NCBI GenBank assembly: GCA_002633005.1 | Contig: NMRA01000262.1 | Coordinates: 68,902-132,901, forward strand | Length of the DNA: 64,000 nucleotides | DNA from: Phoronis australis | Lineage: Eukaryota > Animalia > Phoronida | Reading direction: 5' to 3' | Part shown: in pieces, positions 51,540 through 64,000 of the stretch | Layout: each line of letters starts with the position of its first letter | Position numbering within the stretch: position 1 is the first letter of the stretch | Position numbers and translations under genes: made by a program | The notes under the pieces: generated by a model | What the model saw: only the letters and a program-made list of their open reading frames with translations | The model's database searches: none | What the model was told of the DNA's origin: nothing

Positions 51540-54500
51540 CTGAAACCAGAACATATTGACACCAAAAAATCTACAAAAGAATTGATTTCAACACGGTGAA
51601 GCCTCTAGCATTTGATGTTTGACGTTTACCCAAGTTGACATTAATTTGGTCACGAGAACATGCCTTTTTGTAAAATTAGCAAAAAGAAACTTCCATTAAT
51701 AGCAAAACAATGATATCAACAACATGACACAATTTCATTGAAACATTCAAGATGAAATCTCAAAAATGGTGTTACGGTTTTCTAAATGATCGTGCAAATT
51801 TTTTCATGAAAATTCCAAGACTCTTATCTAATCTTTAATAGCCCCTCATACATAAATTGAACATTTTAAAAACAATTGCCAATAATGTTTTGGAGGACAG
51901 TGCATAAAACATTTTAGTAACTAAACATTTCATATGAATCCGGTTAGCCTCTTCTGAGATAAGAAATTCTGAATTGAGCCAAATGTGGAAATTTTCGTAG
52001 GATCCTATAAAAATGATCAGTGTATATGGTTTGTACTAAACAAATGTTAGATTAGAAGAGTCAGATGAGCCTAACTGTAAGTCATCAAGTTGATGACTTG
52101 TTTACATGCTGGCAAAACAAACAGTTGAACTGAAAGACATTTAACCAGCTGTTTTGAAATGTCTAACACAATTAACTGAAGTCAGCACATGCCATGAATA
52201 CAGCAAACATAATTAAATTACATGTTTGCTGTATTGATGGTAATTTGTGCATTAGGGAAATCTTTCTTGAAAAAAGAGGACGTCCTCAATATCCTGGGGG
52301 TTCTCTTTCATATTACTGGTGCCTTGCCATACTCACCATCCATAACAACAAAATAACAATGAAGGTGACTAGCAAACCAGTTATGAAATGCCCCCCCCCC
52401 CATACAACATGATACCATTAAACTGGAGATCTAACAAACACATATGAAACCTGGCTGCAAAATACCCAACAAAGACGAGATTGGGTCAACCTAACTAAGA
52501 GCCATCCCTGGGTCACGTGACATAAAATGATGAGATTTGTAACTTACTCTGCCATCTGTTGTTCTTGATAAAAGGCTAGCTCCTCTGGTTTATTTATGTC
52601 ATCAGAACGGACCCAGTCCAGACTAGCTTGATACCGAGGCAGTGGACGCTTCTAAAGTAAAAACACAGTTTGGTGTTACTTCAAAATCTTTCATGAACGG
52701 AGGAGTAAAGTCATTATAACTTGTCCACAATTTACAACACATGAGGAAGCAGATTGGCCTAGTGAGATATGTGTAGACAATTTACAACATGGTATGAGGA
52801 AGTAGTGTGGCCTGTAGAGATAATTGTAGACAATTTACATCATGGTTTGAGGAAGCAGTGTGGCCTAGAGGGATAAGTGTCCACAGCCTTTACTCCATGT
52901 CATGGATTCAAGTCCCACTGGGGCATACTGTTAGACCCTTGAGTCAGGTCTATAGCTCCTCAGCTCAGTTTAACCTACACATTACCAAAGCATAAAAATG
53001 CTCCATGTGATCAGAGCAATGGGCCCACATGACAATGTGTACCAGACCGCTTGCTTAATTATTTTTTTATGACAAGTTACAAATTGCATGAATTAAGATA
53101 CTATTTAAACAATATTTTGAGTAGCTTGCAAAAAGCACTTTAAAAAGTGCTACTAACAAGCTACTCACAGCTTGCAAATCTTTGTAAATCATTGAGATGA
53201 TGTTTCAAAATCTAACCAATTACTTAATTAAACACGATCATTTTCTGACAACTTTATTAAGAGGAAGTAACAGACTGTTACTCAAGTAATGAATTCACGC
53301 CACAATCTGGAACATGCTTGTTCAAAAATGATTACTTAACTTACTGTTATCTATATGAGGCAACAATGTGTTTTTTCAAGAAAGCAGTTGCAGCAACTAG
53401 ACACCAAGAAATAATTCAGAAAGATCACTGCCACCTCAAAGTGATTTCAGGAAGTTACAAAGAAAATAAATCGGGTACTCAGTCTTTACGAGTGCATGCA
53501 CGAGAATATCAGGCAAAAATGGGAACATGACATATCATTCACTTTTTAGCTTTTGCGCTTATCTGTATGACTTACATCCGCCAACGAATGCGGTGCTTCC
53601 AGCTGTACTTGGGAAACGCCGACAAAAATCACACGTCATCCCTTGTTCACTGTCTCGCTGGCCAGGAAACCTAATTTTCCATGACGGAACCCACCCCCGC
53701 ACTCTTTTCTTTTCATATTGTTACTTTGATTCTTCCTGATTTGTTTTTTTAGCAACTAAACCATGTTTGGACATTTTGCCAGAGTGCAGACGATCAGTAG
53801 TATCACTTGACAGCTTATTCAGAAACTGCAGCCTCCCCTTGAGTAACGCTAAGACCTCGCAAGATTACGCGAGATAATGCTATGTATTTTAAATGAAATC
53901 ACGCGACATTGGCTAGATTTTAGCTAGGTCCTAGCGTTACTGAACGCACACCAGGACTCGTTCAGAGAATCGAAAGGCTTTGACCGCGGACGTCACGTGT
54001 GCACGCAGCGTCACTCGTTCAATTTTCCTTACGGTGCTCATTCGAAGACAGAAGTTTCTTTGACGGCCACCAGGGGTTTTCCGACACTATTTAAGTTTGT
54101 GTTGAGGTTCGTTACTCCCGAACAAATGTCGAGCAGACAATCTTAGGGTCTACTTGCCTATGCGGCCAGCTTTTTAACTTGCCCATCGGGCAGGTAGTTT
54201 TCAAATTCCACTTGCCCAAGGAAAAATCTACGTATACACGGGCAATCGTTAGTGTTGAGCCCTGAGAAGATTCCTTGGTGTATCAATTTGAAATGAAAAT
54301 TCTGTGAATTGTAACCTGTGCACTACGTGGCCACCCACTAAACATAGCCACTGTCTGTACACCAGACTTAAAATTGTTTGCGATATTGTTATTACCTTTT
54401 CAATTTTTTTAACGTTGGGCAGTAATCGTTCGGCTAGAGACTTGCTTTCCTTTGCCTGAGGGCTGCATTCCAGAATTTCTGGTGACCTGAATGATTCAGA

Positions 54501-57500
54501 ATTGTTCATTAAGTTCACGATACACATACACTAACCTGATCCAGAATTGAATACTGAGTTTTGATTTGAAGTGAAACATGTTTTAGTACATTCTTGGCTG
54601 TAGTGAGCAGACTACAGTCTAGTTCGTAACTTACTTTGCTCTACAAAAGGGCACATTTTAGAAACAGAATTGCATGAAAAGATTCCATATTTTATTTAGG
54701 TTAGTTGAATTGAAAGGAATACATGGCTGAGGGCACTTCATTTAAACTAAACAAAAGGATTTTATGGGGTTCAAAATCACTATAGGATTATATTTAACCT
54801 GAATTTCAACCTCTTTAGCTCGTTACACAGGGGAATCTAATTTAATAGATATTTTACTCCAAAAAAATCCCATAATACTCTTACTGTGAAAGGACATTAT
54901 TTCCGACACCAAAAAGTCACAAGCAATGTGTATAAATTTGGCATTTTCGAATGTGCAACTTTGGGATTTGTCTACACTAATAAACGTTTTTTGTGAGTCG
55001 ATGATCATATGAAAATAATTTTATATGAACAAAGCCTAGCTTGGTTTTTGTTTTTGAAACACTGTCAGGTAAAAATCAATTTTAAGGGAAAAATTGCAAG
55101 AATGGATGAAAACTTCATATAAACTCCCAACAAAGTTATTTTTTAGCTGTCCTTAGTCTCTAAAAGGGTGAAGGACATGTTTCTGAATGTCTATCCAGTC
55201 GGTATCCTAATGAACTCATCCAAAAAATAGCATCCCCTGATAAGATCTTGCTATATTGACGGACATCTTGCTATATTGACGGACATATCGCTATATTGAC
55301 GGACATCTTGCTATATTGACGGACATCTTGCTACATTGACAGACACCTTGCTATATTGACAGACATCTTGCTATATTGACAGACACCTTGCTATATTGAC
55401 GGACATCTTGCTATATTGACAGACACCTTGCTATATTGATAGACACCTTGCTATATTGACGGACATCTTGCTCTATTGACGGACATCTTGCTATATTTAC
55501 GGACATTTTGCTATATTGAAAGACATCTTGCTCGGCCCGCTACAGCTTTTACAACACATACCAATGAACTACGGTAACCTCATTCCTAAAATCGACCAAA
55601 AATCAAGTGAAACTCTTAACTTTCTTTCTATCATTTTTCCTTTCTCTCTTTTGTGATTCAAAAACTAAAAACTTCTCTTTACTTCTAATAAGGAATCCAG
55701 AATCTTAAAGATGATTTTACAAGTTATTTCTAATAACTTAACACAATCAGGCTGGTGTTATTCATGTAAGGGACTAATTATGTACCAAATCCTCAGAATC
55801 ATGAATGAAATTAGTCATACATGGCTTAGGCTAGTAAAAATGGTATAGCTATAGCATGACACTTGTCATTAATCCCTATTGATGAGGACAAGTTGTTCTG
55901 ATAGAGAGATCATGGCAATGGTATCATCTCAAAGGCAAGCGTTGCTTACTTGAACTGGGAAAACAAAGATGGCAGCCTAATAGGAGTCTTCTGACTCGTC
56001 AACACATCACTCAATATGTCAGTGCTCTTCTTCCTCATTGGCTGGGTGACATTCCTGTCAATCATCTGTCGGAGGATCTGTAATGTTTTCCTCCCAATTA
56101 CTGAACCACCGTTGCAGTCAGCCTGAAATAATTTGAAGTTTCTGATCAGAACTGCCAGATGTTCATTCCAAGATGCACGAGGATTTAATCTAGATTAATT
56201 TAGTTTACTCTAGATTCACTACATGTTAATTAGAATGAACGAATGACCAATTGAAGTTTCCAAACGTTCTACAATAATTCACAACAGTCTCGTAGCTGAG
56301 CAAGTTCACGTTTTCCAAATCCAAAACTAAACAAAGACATTTACATATAATGTAAAACGAATATCAGAGACATAAAGTTTTGAGTGACGCAGCTGTGAAG
56401 AACTCCTCTCGACGGAAAACTTTACCCTCTGTGGACTGACTCCATATGCACTGTGTTGAAAAGCAGTGCATTGTGGGATTAGTTCCTTTAGATGACTTGC
56501 CACTGTCTCCACACTGGACTTTCTCAAAGTGTTTGTCTTGCTTCTGATAATGACGTTCCTAATCAGGTTGACCACTTTCTCCACTGCATTCCTGGTAACG
56601 AGGTATAAAGCTCTGAGAAAGGTCATTTACTATAAACATTGAAATTTCAAAGAAAATGCAGTCCCACATAGCACAGTCAAAATTCTTCGTCACATCACAA
56701 TTTCGGTCAACACATGTCAAAAATTAGTAGTTCCACTAGCGGCCCAGATGTAACTTTCATGTTTATTAAGTGCCTGCACATCTCAAAATAGTCTTCTCAA
56801 ATCAGAGATAAAATACTCCGTCAGGTGTAGTTCCTGAGGGCCAACCGCATCATGGCAGCCATTTTGGATAGTCGTGATTCGTCAACTAACCTAATAATTC
56901 TAGCAAATAAGGTTATGGGGACAACAATAGTCTTAGTCACACAAACATTGGTTTGAAAGAATTAAAGATGATTTGATGATGCACTCGGAATGCACGTCAA
57001 AGATATACAGGGAATGAAACAGGAAAAGTGACTTAAATAAGCTGATAAATGCAAGCAGAAAACTTCACATTAAAATGCGTAAACGCCTAAATATACCATA
57101 GCCTATTACCAAGATACGGATAAACAAGCACTTTTGGAAGAAATTCATCTTCATAATGTTTTACAAATATTTACTTTCGTTTCAACTATGATTATGGATG
57201 ACAATATGACTCACACTAACCAACACGTATAACACTAGACAACAAGACTGATGAACTTCGAATGCCATCAAATTATGTGAACATATTTTTTCTACAAATT
57301 TCATGTTATGAAATAGCTTACCAGAGCATCTAACCTTGTCCTCACACATAAGAGTACAATTAATGCAAAACAACAATTGTACAGAGTGTCTGAATGAATC
57401 CGACACTCGTATGACGAATGAAATTTGCCGTGTCCATGTTTTGGGATACTCCATGAATGGGCTGACAAAGGATAGGTATCATGGATACACCACTGTGTGC

Positions 57501-60500
57501 AACAATTTGCGCGTTTCCCCAGGACTCCTTTTTACAATGTGGCTTAAGGCAAATAGCTTTAGTGAAATATGATCAAAAACACATCGTAGCTTGCAAAAGA
57601 TTCTGTCATATTGACTTGAAGTTTGTGCTTGTGAGACTGCTTAATAGTAACTATATGTAAGGTGTGTCATAACTGTGTTTTTGTTGGAACAATCCATAGG
57701 CTTATTGTCAGTGATCATAGGCTTATTGTCAGTGATCATAGGCTTATTGTCAGTGATCATAGGCTTATTGTCAGTGATCATAGGCTTATTGTCAGTGATC
57801 ATAGGCTTANGAAGCAGTCAGTTGGCGAGTTTTCGCCCTGGGATTTCAGCACAATTTTCTGTAAAATGATCGTAATTTAGCAGCAAAGTTTGATAGCAAT
57901 GCACCACAGTTTTGTTGAAAGTCTTTCATAGATTACATGCGTCACAGAGCGTAAATTTGATGAATCTTAGCTTCCGATTTCACTGGTGACCTGTTTCGGA
58001 GACCGGGTTTCAACCGCCTTGGGTTATAATAAGCGCCCCCCTGAACCGAACTTTTCTAAGCGCCCTGGGCGGTTATTACGGCGAATACGGTAGCATCATT
58101 TTTATTCTAATGAATTGCACTACTCTCTTGGTATAATCAATACAGTCGGTACTCTAATAATTGATTGCACTGACAAATAATTGCTGCTTGTCAAAACAGT
58201 GAGAAAACTTGTGTACAAAAGAAGGAAGAAGTGACCTACAGTCTGTGAAAAAAGAACTGCTTGTGAAATAAGATGTTGTTCATGAGAAGAGAAAGCTGTT
58301 AGTAAGAACACCTGTCTGGTAGTTCATGATGGAGGAAGACTGTTGCTGCTGCTGAACTAAACAACAAAGAAAAGCAGTGTAATGCCGTCACAACTGCACC
58401 ACAAACCGTCTGCTTATAGTAATGGCTATCGGCATCATACAATGGACATTACAAAATGCAGTATGTGTCCAAAGAATTCGAAAATGGAACACGTCACAAT
58501 CTCCCAAATAGAAAACTATTTGCCAAATTTCTTGAAAATTACGTCCCTTTGAAGATACTGTGGCAAGCTTAAAACATGGTATTGCCCTAAGAAGGCACAG
58601 TGTTAGTTTGATTGGTCTAAAACAAATCGATGTTACTTGTCCCTTTCATAGGGATACACTTGCCAAGCTTCACAAGGATCCTGCAAGGGACTCAGGAAAT
58701 ATAGCTGCAGATGTCACAGTAGTCAGAATGACCCTACAAGGGACTCAGGAAATATAGCTGCAGATGTCACAGTAGTCAGAATGACCCTGCAAGGGACTCA
58801 GGAAATATAGCTGCAGATGTCACAGTAGTCAGAATGACCCTGCAAGGGGTTCAGGAAATATAGCTGCAGATGTCACAGTAGTCAGAATGACCCTGCAAGG
58901 GGTTCAGGAAATATAGCTGCAGATGCCACAGCAGTCAGAATGACCCAAACATCGACATTAATTGTTCCCCTATCGGTAGAAATAGAAATAGATTGGCCAA
59001 CTTTCATATGGAGTTTGGCAAATAGAAAGGTAGGTGCCAAAAAACAAAAATAATAAAAATGGTCGTGATGCATAATACGTAGAGTCTATTTCAAAACAAA
59101 AAATTATCAACTCCTAAATGAAAATTTATCTGTCAAATGTCATAAAAATTCATTAAGTATCTCCAAACATACAGAGACAAATGTAAAAAACTAAAACAGA
59201 CACAAGTGGGAACACAGGAGGTCAGATTGGTCTGAACCTCGCCATCACCTATTGCAGCTTCACAGGAACACATCTACCAAATCTTATAGAGATTGTGCAA
59301 GGGGTTTAGGAGACAAAGCAGCAGATACCAGGCACCCAGACAGAGATGAAAATATGCACCCACGTATTTATATATAAGCGGGCGCATAAATTACCCTGGG
59401 TTGACTTCTTCCTCAACTACAGTCTGAAGTTTATGTACAAAGTCCACAAACTCTCCAAACCCTTTAACATGTTGATTGACAGCTGACTTAGGATCGGGGG
59501 CATAACCCTTGCCCCCCAGTCTCAGTCTCATGATGTACGACGAGGCAGTCTACAATGGCAGGCACAATAGTGTAAGGGACCGTTCAACATTATCAGCATT
59601 TTCACAAGNAAATATAGCTGCAGATGTCACAGTAGTCAGAATGACCCAAACATCAACATTAATTGTTCCCCTATCGGTAGAAATAGATTGGCCAACTTTC
59701 ATATGGAGTTTGGCAAATAGAAAGGTAGGTGCCAAAAAACAACAAAAATAATAAAAATGGTCGTGATGCATAATACGTAGAGTCTATTTCAAAACAAAAG
59801 ATTATCAACTCCTAAATGAAAATTTATCTGTCAAATGTCATAAAAATTCATTAAGGATCTCCAAACATACAGAGACAAATGTAAAAAACTAAAACAGACA
59901 CAAGTGGGAACACAGGTGGTCAGATTGGTCAGAATCTCGCCATCACCTATTGCAGCTTCACAGGAACACATCTACCAAATCTTATAGAGATTGTGCAAGG
60001 GGTTTAGGAGACACAGCAGCAGATACCAGGCACCCAGACAGAGATGAAAATATGCACCCACGTATTTATATATAAGCGGGCGCATAAATTACCCTGGGTT
60101 GACTTCTTCCTCAACTACAGTCTGAAGTTTATGTACAAAGTCCACAAACTCTCCAAACCCTTTAACATGTTGATTGACAGCTGACTTAGGATCGGGGGCA
60201 TAACCCTTGCCCCCCAGTCTCAGTCTCATGATGTACGACGAGGCAGTCTACAATGGCAGGCACAATAGTGTAAGGGACCGTTCAACATTATCAGCATTTT
60301 CACAAGAACACAAACCGTACCCGTAATGAGCGAGGGGCTTACTTTTAGCGTATACTTTTGACGTTGTAAAAATCAAAATGTCAAATAACAGAAGTTAATT
60401 TTTTAAATTACTTTAAATTTTAACATGAGCATAAAAACATGAAGAAACAACCAATAGTAAACACGTTACCAATATGTACATGTACGTCTGGCAGACTTGA

Positions 60501-62936
60501 GCAACAACTACAAATCACAGGAATCAGAGTCAACATCAAACACAAATGACTGGTTAGAAACACGAGTCTCATGAATATCAGCAACCCTGTGGGTGCACCT
60601 CAGTTTTCAGTCACATTTTGAATTACACACCGCCTTGTTGGTACTAAGTCCAGTATTACAGTGATCAGTTCAATTCCGATTCATAACAAAGTAGAATTGT
60701 TTGTTGTCAGAATTTCCCAGGAAAACAACTTCAACGAAAGACTTCCGATTTTTATTCAATATGAGTTATGTTATACCCCCATCATACCGCGTGGTGCCAT
60801 TACGGTTTTTCGTCAAAATCGCCATCACCGTAGTGACAACACCAGCAGTGTTTCATAGTTTTCCCCTACCCGTCATACATGTGTTTTGCTTCACGCCATG
60901 AGATCGCCGAAGGATTGCCAGTCTACATTTTTGGTGATTGCATGGCAGTAAGTACAGCGGAAGCACAGCGGTGATAGAGGTGCTACTGCAGTCCTTGTAC
61001 GGTGCAACGGCGATCATGACGGCGTCGTGGCGATCCCACTGCGGATTGGCCCAACCCGCGGTACCACTAAAGAAGTTTTAAACCTGTTCAAAGTTTCCGC
61101 CATGCCACAGCGAAGGTCCGCAATTACGAAAGTGCTACGGCAATCAATGACAGAACCACTGCGGAACCACAGCAATCATGGCGGTGCCATTGAGGTTTAT
61201 GCCGTACAAGCACCGCAGTGGCACGGCACCTCCAGTGCGACGGAGGTATAACAAGAGATACCCTACAGAATAAAGTGAACAAAAAATGCATTCCACACAG
61301 CGACTGCTATTTCTGATCACAGCAAAAATGGCTGTTAATAATTACTATGGCTGCAAAATTCTAATATAGAATGACTTAGTCATCTCACTAACTTAATTTC
61401 CCATCTTATTTAGTCGTGAGGGAAGGCTACTCTCATAATAGACTTGACTTCTGTCCAGTATGACCAGCAAATCCGGGTCATTTTGTCTGAATACTGTTGA
61501 CGTGTCTCTAACGCCAGACTTTTCTCATGAACAGAATTACAATGAATAGATCAAAACGCCAAAAGTAATATTACTTGTGACAAAAAATCAAACCTAATGG
61601 GTTCTGAATTTTGTTGATTACACTCCTGTTCATCAGAACTATATAGTTACAGTAGATATGTGACTGGTCAGTTCATTCGCACCTCATTGCTTACCGGACA
61701 CATGTTTTCGACATAACTCTGAATCCTAGTTTGTCCATGGTCCCATTCTGCTTTGTCATAGTACTGTATCTAACCACAGTTGTTTAGTGAACCAAATTTA
61801 TATTTTTATTGCAGTTCACCACCTTTTTACCAATTATGGCCAATAAATGTGTACAAAGTCAAATCTCTGAACAGACTTTTTCTTCTGACCACCACAACAT
61901 GGGTTTTTCCCACGCTTAATAATTTATAAACATTTCATTAACATTTACATTAACCAACTTCCTCATTCATTTACATGTAATATGTTTCTAGTTTAAAGTG
62001 ACAGTAGTAAACTAATAGGGAATATAAGTTTTTTGAAACGCAGACTGAGCAAATCTATAACTCACCTGAAACATTGGCATGCCCTTGACCTTTGACTCGT
62101 GCTTCAAGGAGGTAAAGGCAGCATGGTCAAGTTCACGGTCAGGCACATTAAAGACCCGCGCCAGGGCCAGCTCACTCCTACTGTTGACGAGCAGTTGAAG
62201 GTAGGAAGTGAACACCAGCTCCAAGTATACCTGACGACGAGAAAAGTAGTCCGTTATAACGGACAAAGAAAAGTACTTTGGAGAAAGAATTGATAAAAGC
62301 AGTCCAGTTACATGGTAGAATTTGAAAGAAAACAACAAATTACAAAGTGTTTTAATCATGACATGTTTTGATGAGAATGTCTCAAGCTAGAGTGATAAGT
62401 TGTGGGGTGAGGTATAAACATGAGATGATAATAAAGAGATAGATTAGGCTGGACATTCATGAACAGTAGCTTCTTGAGAACAGTGGACGATGCTAAAACA
62501 TGTTATATCACTGTGTTGAAGTTTTTTTATATATTTTACATATCTTCTTCTTTATTCTAATAACTCCCAAAGCATGTCTCTGAGATAATTTGTTATATAT
62601 GACCTTTAGCCTCAGAACATGTCTGTCGAATATTACAACTTTTGAATTTTCCACACCTTTCACTTTGAAAGACAGAGGGTTCGTGATCAAATTTTTATGT
62701 ATTTGAATGTTATGGTGGCCTATATACAAAGAGAACAAATTACTGCATCATTATCCTGTCCTTACCTCTGTGACAGAAAATGTTGTGGAACTACTATTAT
62801 TGACTGAAGATGCTAATACTTCATCATAGCTAGATGGACTGGTGATGACATTGCAAGCGTCACTGCCATCTAGTGGTAGCTCCAAGTTTGTTTTGAAGAC
62901 CGTTTTACTTTTACAAAGCAAAGAGAATGCAGCTTT
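51221..62936 (-). CDS. PARPBP: PCNA-interacting partner PARI / PARP1-binding protein (3' eight exons, 447 aa; 5' exons not located)
   Basis: Exons on the - strand: 62936-62766, 62230-62066, 60247-60093 (duplicate 59549-59395), 56591-56426, 56122-55950, 54486-54396, 52651-52548, 51539-51221; phases are continuous (1344 nt). SYLQLLVNSRSELALARVFNVPDRELDHAAFTSLKH and [10 protein letters not shown] match my recollection of vertebrate PARI ([46 protein letters not shown]). C-terminal PIP box GQMQLTRFF. Confidence 0.92.
52548..52651 (-). CDS. PARPBP: PARPBP exon (KRPLPRYQASLDWV...QQMA)
   Basis: tttactttag acceptor and gtaagt donor; phase 0-2. Confidence 0.75.
53842..53941. mobile_element. Small inverted-repeat element (putative MITE)
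   Basis: agtaacgctaagacct ... aggtcctagcgttact. Confidence 0.45.
54396..54486 (-). CDS. PARPBP: PARPBP exon (SPEILECSPQAKESKSLAERLLPNVKKIEK)
   Basis: cattcag acceptor and gtaat donor; phase 2-0. Confidence 0.8.
55245..55532. repeat. Minisatellite, 20-bp unit x ~14
   Basis: atcttgctatattgacggac. Confidence 0.95.
55950..56122 (-). CDS. PARPBP: PARPBP exon (ADCNGGSVIGRKTLQILRQMID...LFSQFK)
   Basis: tatttcag acceptor and gtaagc donor; phase 0-2; corresponds to the GRDTVKALL...LFRSP region of vertebrate PARI. Confidence 0.85.
56426..56591 (-). CDS. PARPBP: PARPBP exon (NAVEKVVNLIRNVII...GVSPQR)
   Basis: gttaccag acceptor and gtaaa donor; phase 2-0. Confidence 0.85.
57695..57809. repeat. Minisatellite, 21-bp unit ending at an N join
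   Basis: cataggcttattgtcagtgat. Confidence 0.93.
58680..58946. repeat. Minisatellite, 54-bp unit x 5
   Basis: cctgcaagggactcaggaaatatagctgcagatgtcacagtagtcagaatgac. Confidence 0.93.
59395..59549 (-). CDS. PARPBP: PARPBP exon, duplicate copy B
   Basis: Same 155-nt exon as 60093-60247, on the other side of the N at 59609. Confidence 0.55.
60093..60247 (-). CDS. PARPBP: PARPBP exon ([20 protein letters not shown]...EEVNPG), copy A
   Basis: LGGKGYAP signature; phase 0-2. Confidence 0.88.
60774..61248. mobile_element. PIF/Harbinger-like MITE
   Basis: TIR tacccccatcatac / gtgcgacggaggta flanked by tta/taa; GC-rich interior with ccgcg/gcgg short repeats. Confidence 0.62.
62066..62230 (-). CDS. 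PARPBP: PARPBP exon (VYLELVFTSYLQLLVNS...MPMFQ)
   Basis: Conserved PARI core; AG and GT boundaries; phase 0-0. Confidence 0.92.
62766..62936 (-). CDS. PARPBP: PARPBP exon (KAAFSLLCK...TFSVTE)
   Basis: tattttcag acceptor and gtaag donor; phase 0-0; precedes the conserved exon. Confidence 0.75.
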
Positions 62937-63780
62937 CTGAAAATACAATATCCAGCTGTAAACTAGATAGTAATATAGTGAACAGCATGTAGAATCACAC
63001 ACTGTGTATTACAGTACAAATTAAATGGCAGAATAACCCATACCAATGAAGACTGGTTCTCAACAGCCACCACTGCACAAAAGTTGTACCTTGAGTAGCA
63101 TGATTGATCTCACTAAAGCTTTTTCCAATTCAAAAAAATCTCCACTTTGGGAGAGCGGAAAAATAAATATTTCACGTCAGTTCGATACGTGTACAAAAAT
63201 TGAGAGTCAGATTATTGGGCATCTCAAATTCAAGGTCACGGGAAGCAGACGTGTAAATGATCAGCCTTACTTTTTATGAACTTCTTGACTTTACTTTCAA
63301 AATTTTTGACACAAATGTTGGCGTGGTCCCCAATTTGAGAAAATATGACAGATGCAAAAATCCCCCACGTTTCAAATTTCAAAATAAGGAAAATTCAATT
63401 TCACCAAGGATTCTGTTGTCCCAAATTTTGGCGACTGTCCCAAACCAGGGAACTTTTACCTTAGTTGACACTTTACAATATTATTAAACAAAATTTCTAA
63501 ACATAAAATTTATATAAATAAAACTGAATATCAAGAGTTCATTCTGGTAACTACAAACTTACACAAAATGCACTTGAATACAAGAGATTTCTCAATTCAA
63601 AACAGAAAAATCTTTTTTCAGCATAGTGGCAACTTGCTGAAATACGTTGTGTAACTAGATGACCAAAGTTTTTCTTGAACAAAGATTCGCTGCCACTTAC
63701 AATTTGCCGCATGTGGAAAAGGACTTCAAGAAGCAGGATTTAACAGCGTTTATGAATCTTTGTAGTTAACATGACAACAC

Positions 63781-64000
63781 ATTATGACTGTGGTGCATAA
63801 GGTTATTCAAATACATCTTTACTCTCTCCATTATGACTGTGGTGCATAAGGTTATTCAAATATATCTTTACTCTCTCCATTATGACTGTGGTGCATAAGG
63901 TTATTCAAATACATCTTTACTCTCTCCATTATGACTGTGGTGCATAAGGTTATTCAAATACATCTTTACTCTCTCCATTATGACTGTGGTGCATAAGGTT
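63781..64000. repeat. Minisatellite, 49-bp unit running off the window end
   Basis: attatgactgtggtgcataaggttattcaaatacatctttactctctcc. Confidence 0.93.

Larger units (their letters stand above)
58908..60306. repeat. ~700-bp direct duplication joined by a single N
   Basis: 58908-59608 vs 59610-60306; each copy holds a short - strand HINE fragment and one PARPBP exon. Confidence 0.92.

Noticed and set aside
51540-51570. Upstream AG at 51571-51572 as the PARPBP last-exon acceptor
   Set aside because: It needs phase 1 while the preceding exon ends in phase 2; the acceptor at 51540-51541 fits unless an exon was missed.
52855-52960. tRNA-like A/B-box sequence (gtggcctagaggga...ggattcaagtccc)
   Set aside because: No complete cloverleaf is evident; at most a decayed tRNA-derived SINE head.

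Overview
This is AT-rich, intron-rich eukaryotic DNA, probably from a lophotrochozoan-like invertebrate (inference), from a draft assembly with one 684-N gap and several single-N joins. It is not prokaryotic, and most entries in the ORF track are spurious. I reconstructed two convergent spliced genes by hand, using GT-AG boundaries and intron-phase continuity. (1) On the + strand, 4973-38133 encodes an 18-exon, ~1070-aa class I cytokine receptor of the gp130/Domeless type (Ig-Ig-CHR-FN3x3-extra domain-TM-cytoplasmic tail with YxxQ). Its signal-peptide exon was not located, and its last exon plus downstream region is present twice (second copy 44095-44171). (2) On the - strand, 62936-51221 holds the 3' eight exons (447 aa) of PARPBP/PARI with a C-terminal PIP box; one exon appears twice across an N join. 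The introns contain a Helentron-associated (HINE/DINE-1-like) repeat family whose internal ~452-bp repeats carry CTCF-consensus-like motifs. They also contain a decayed Kolobok-like THAP transposon, a 5'-truncated LINE, several MITEs and many minisatellites. No rRNA, tRNA or CRISPR array is supported.
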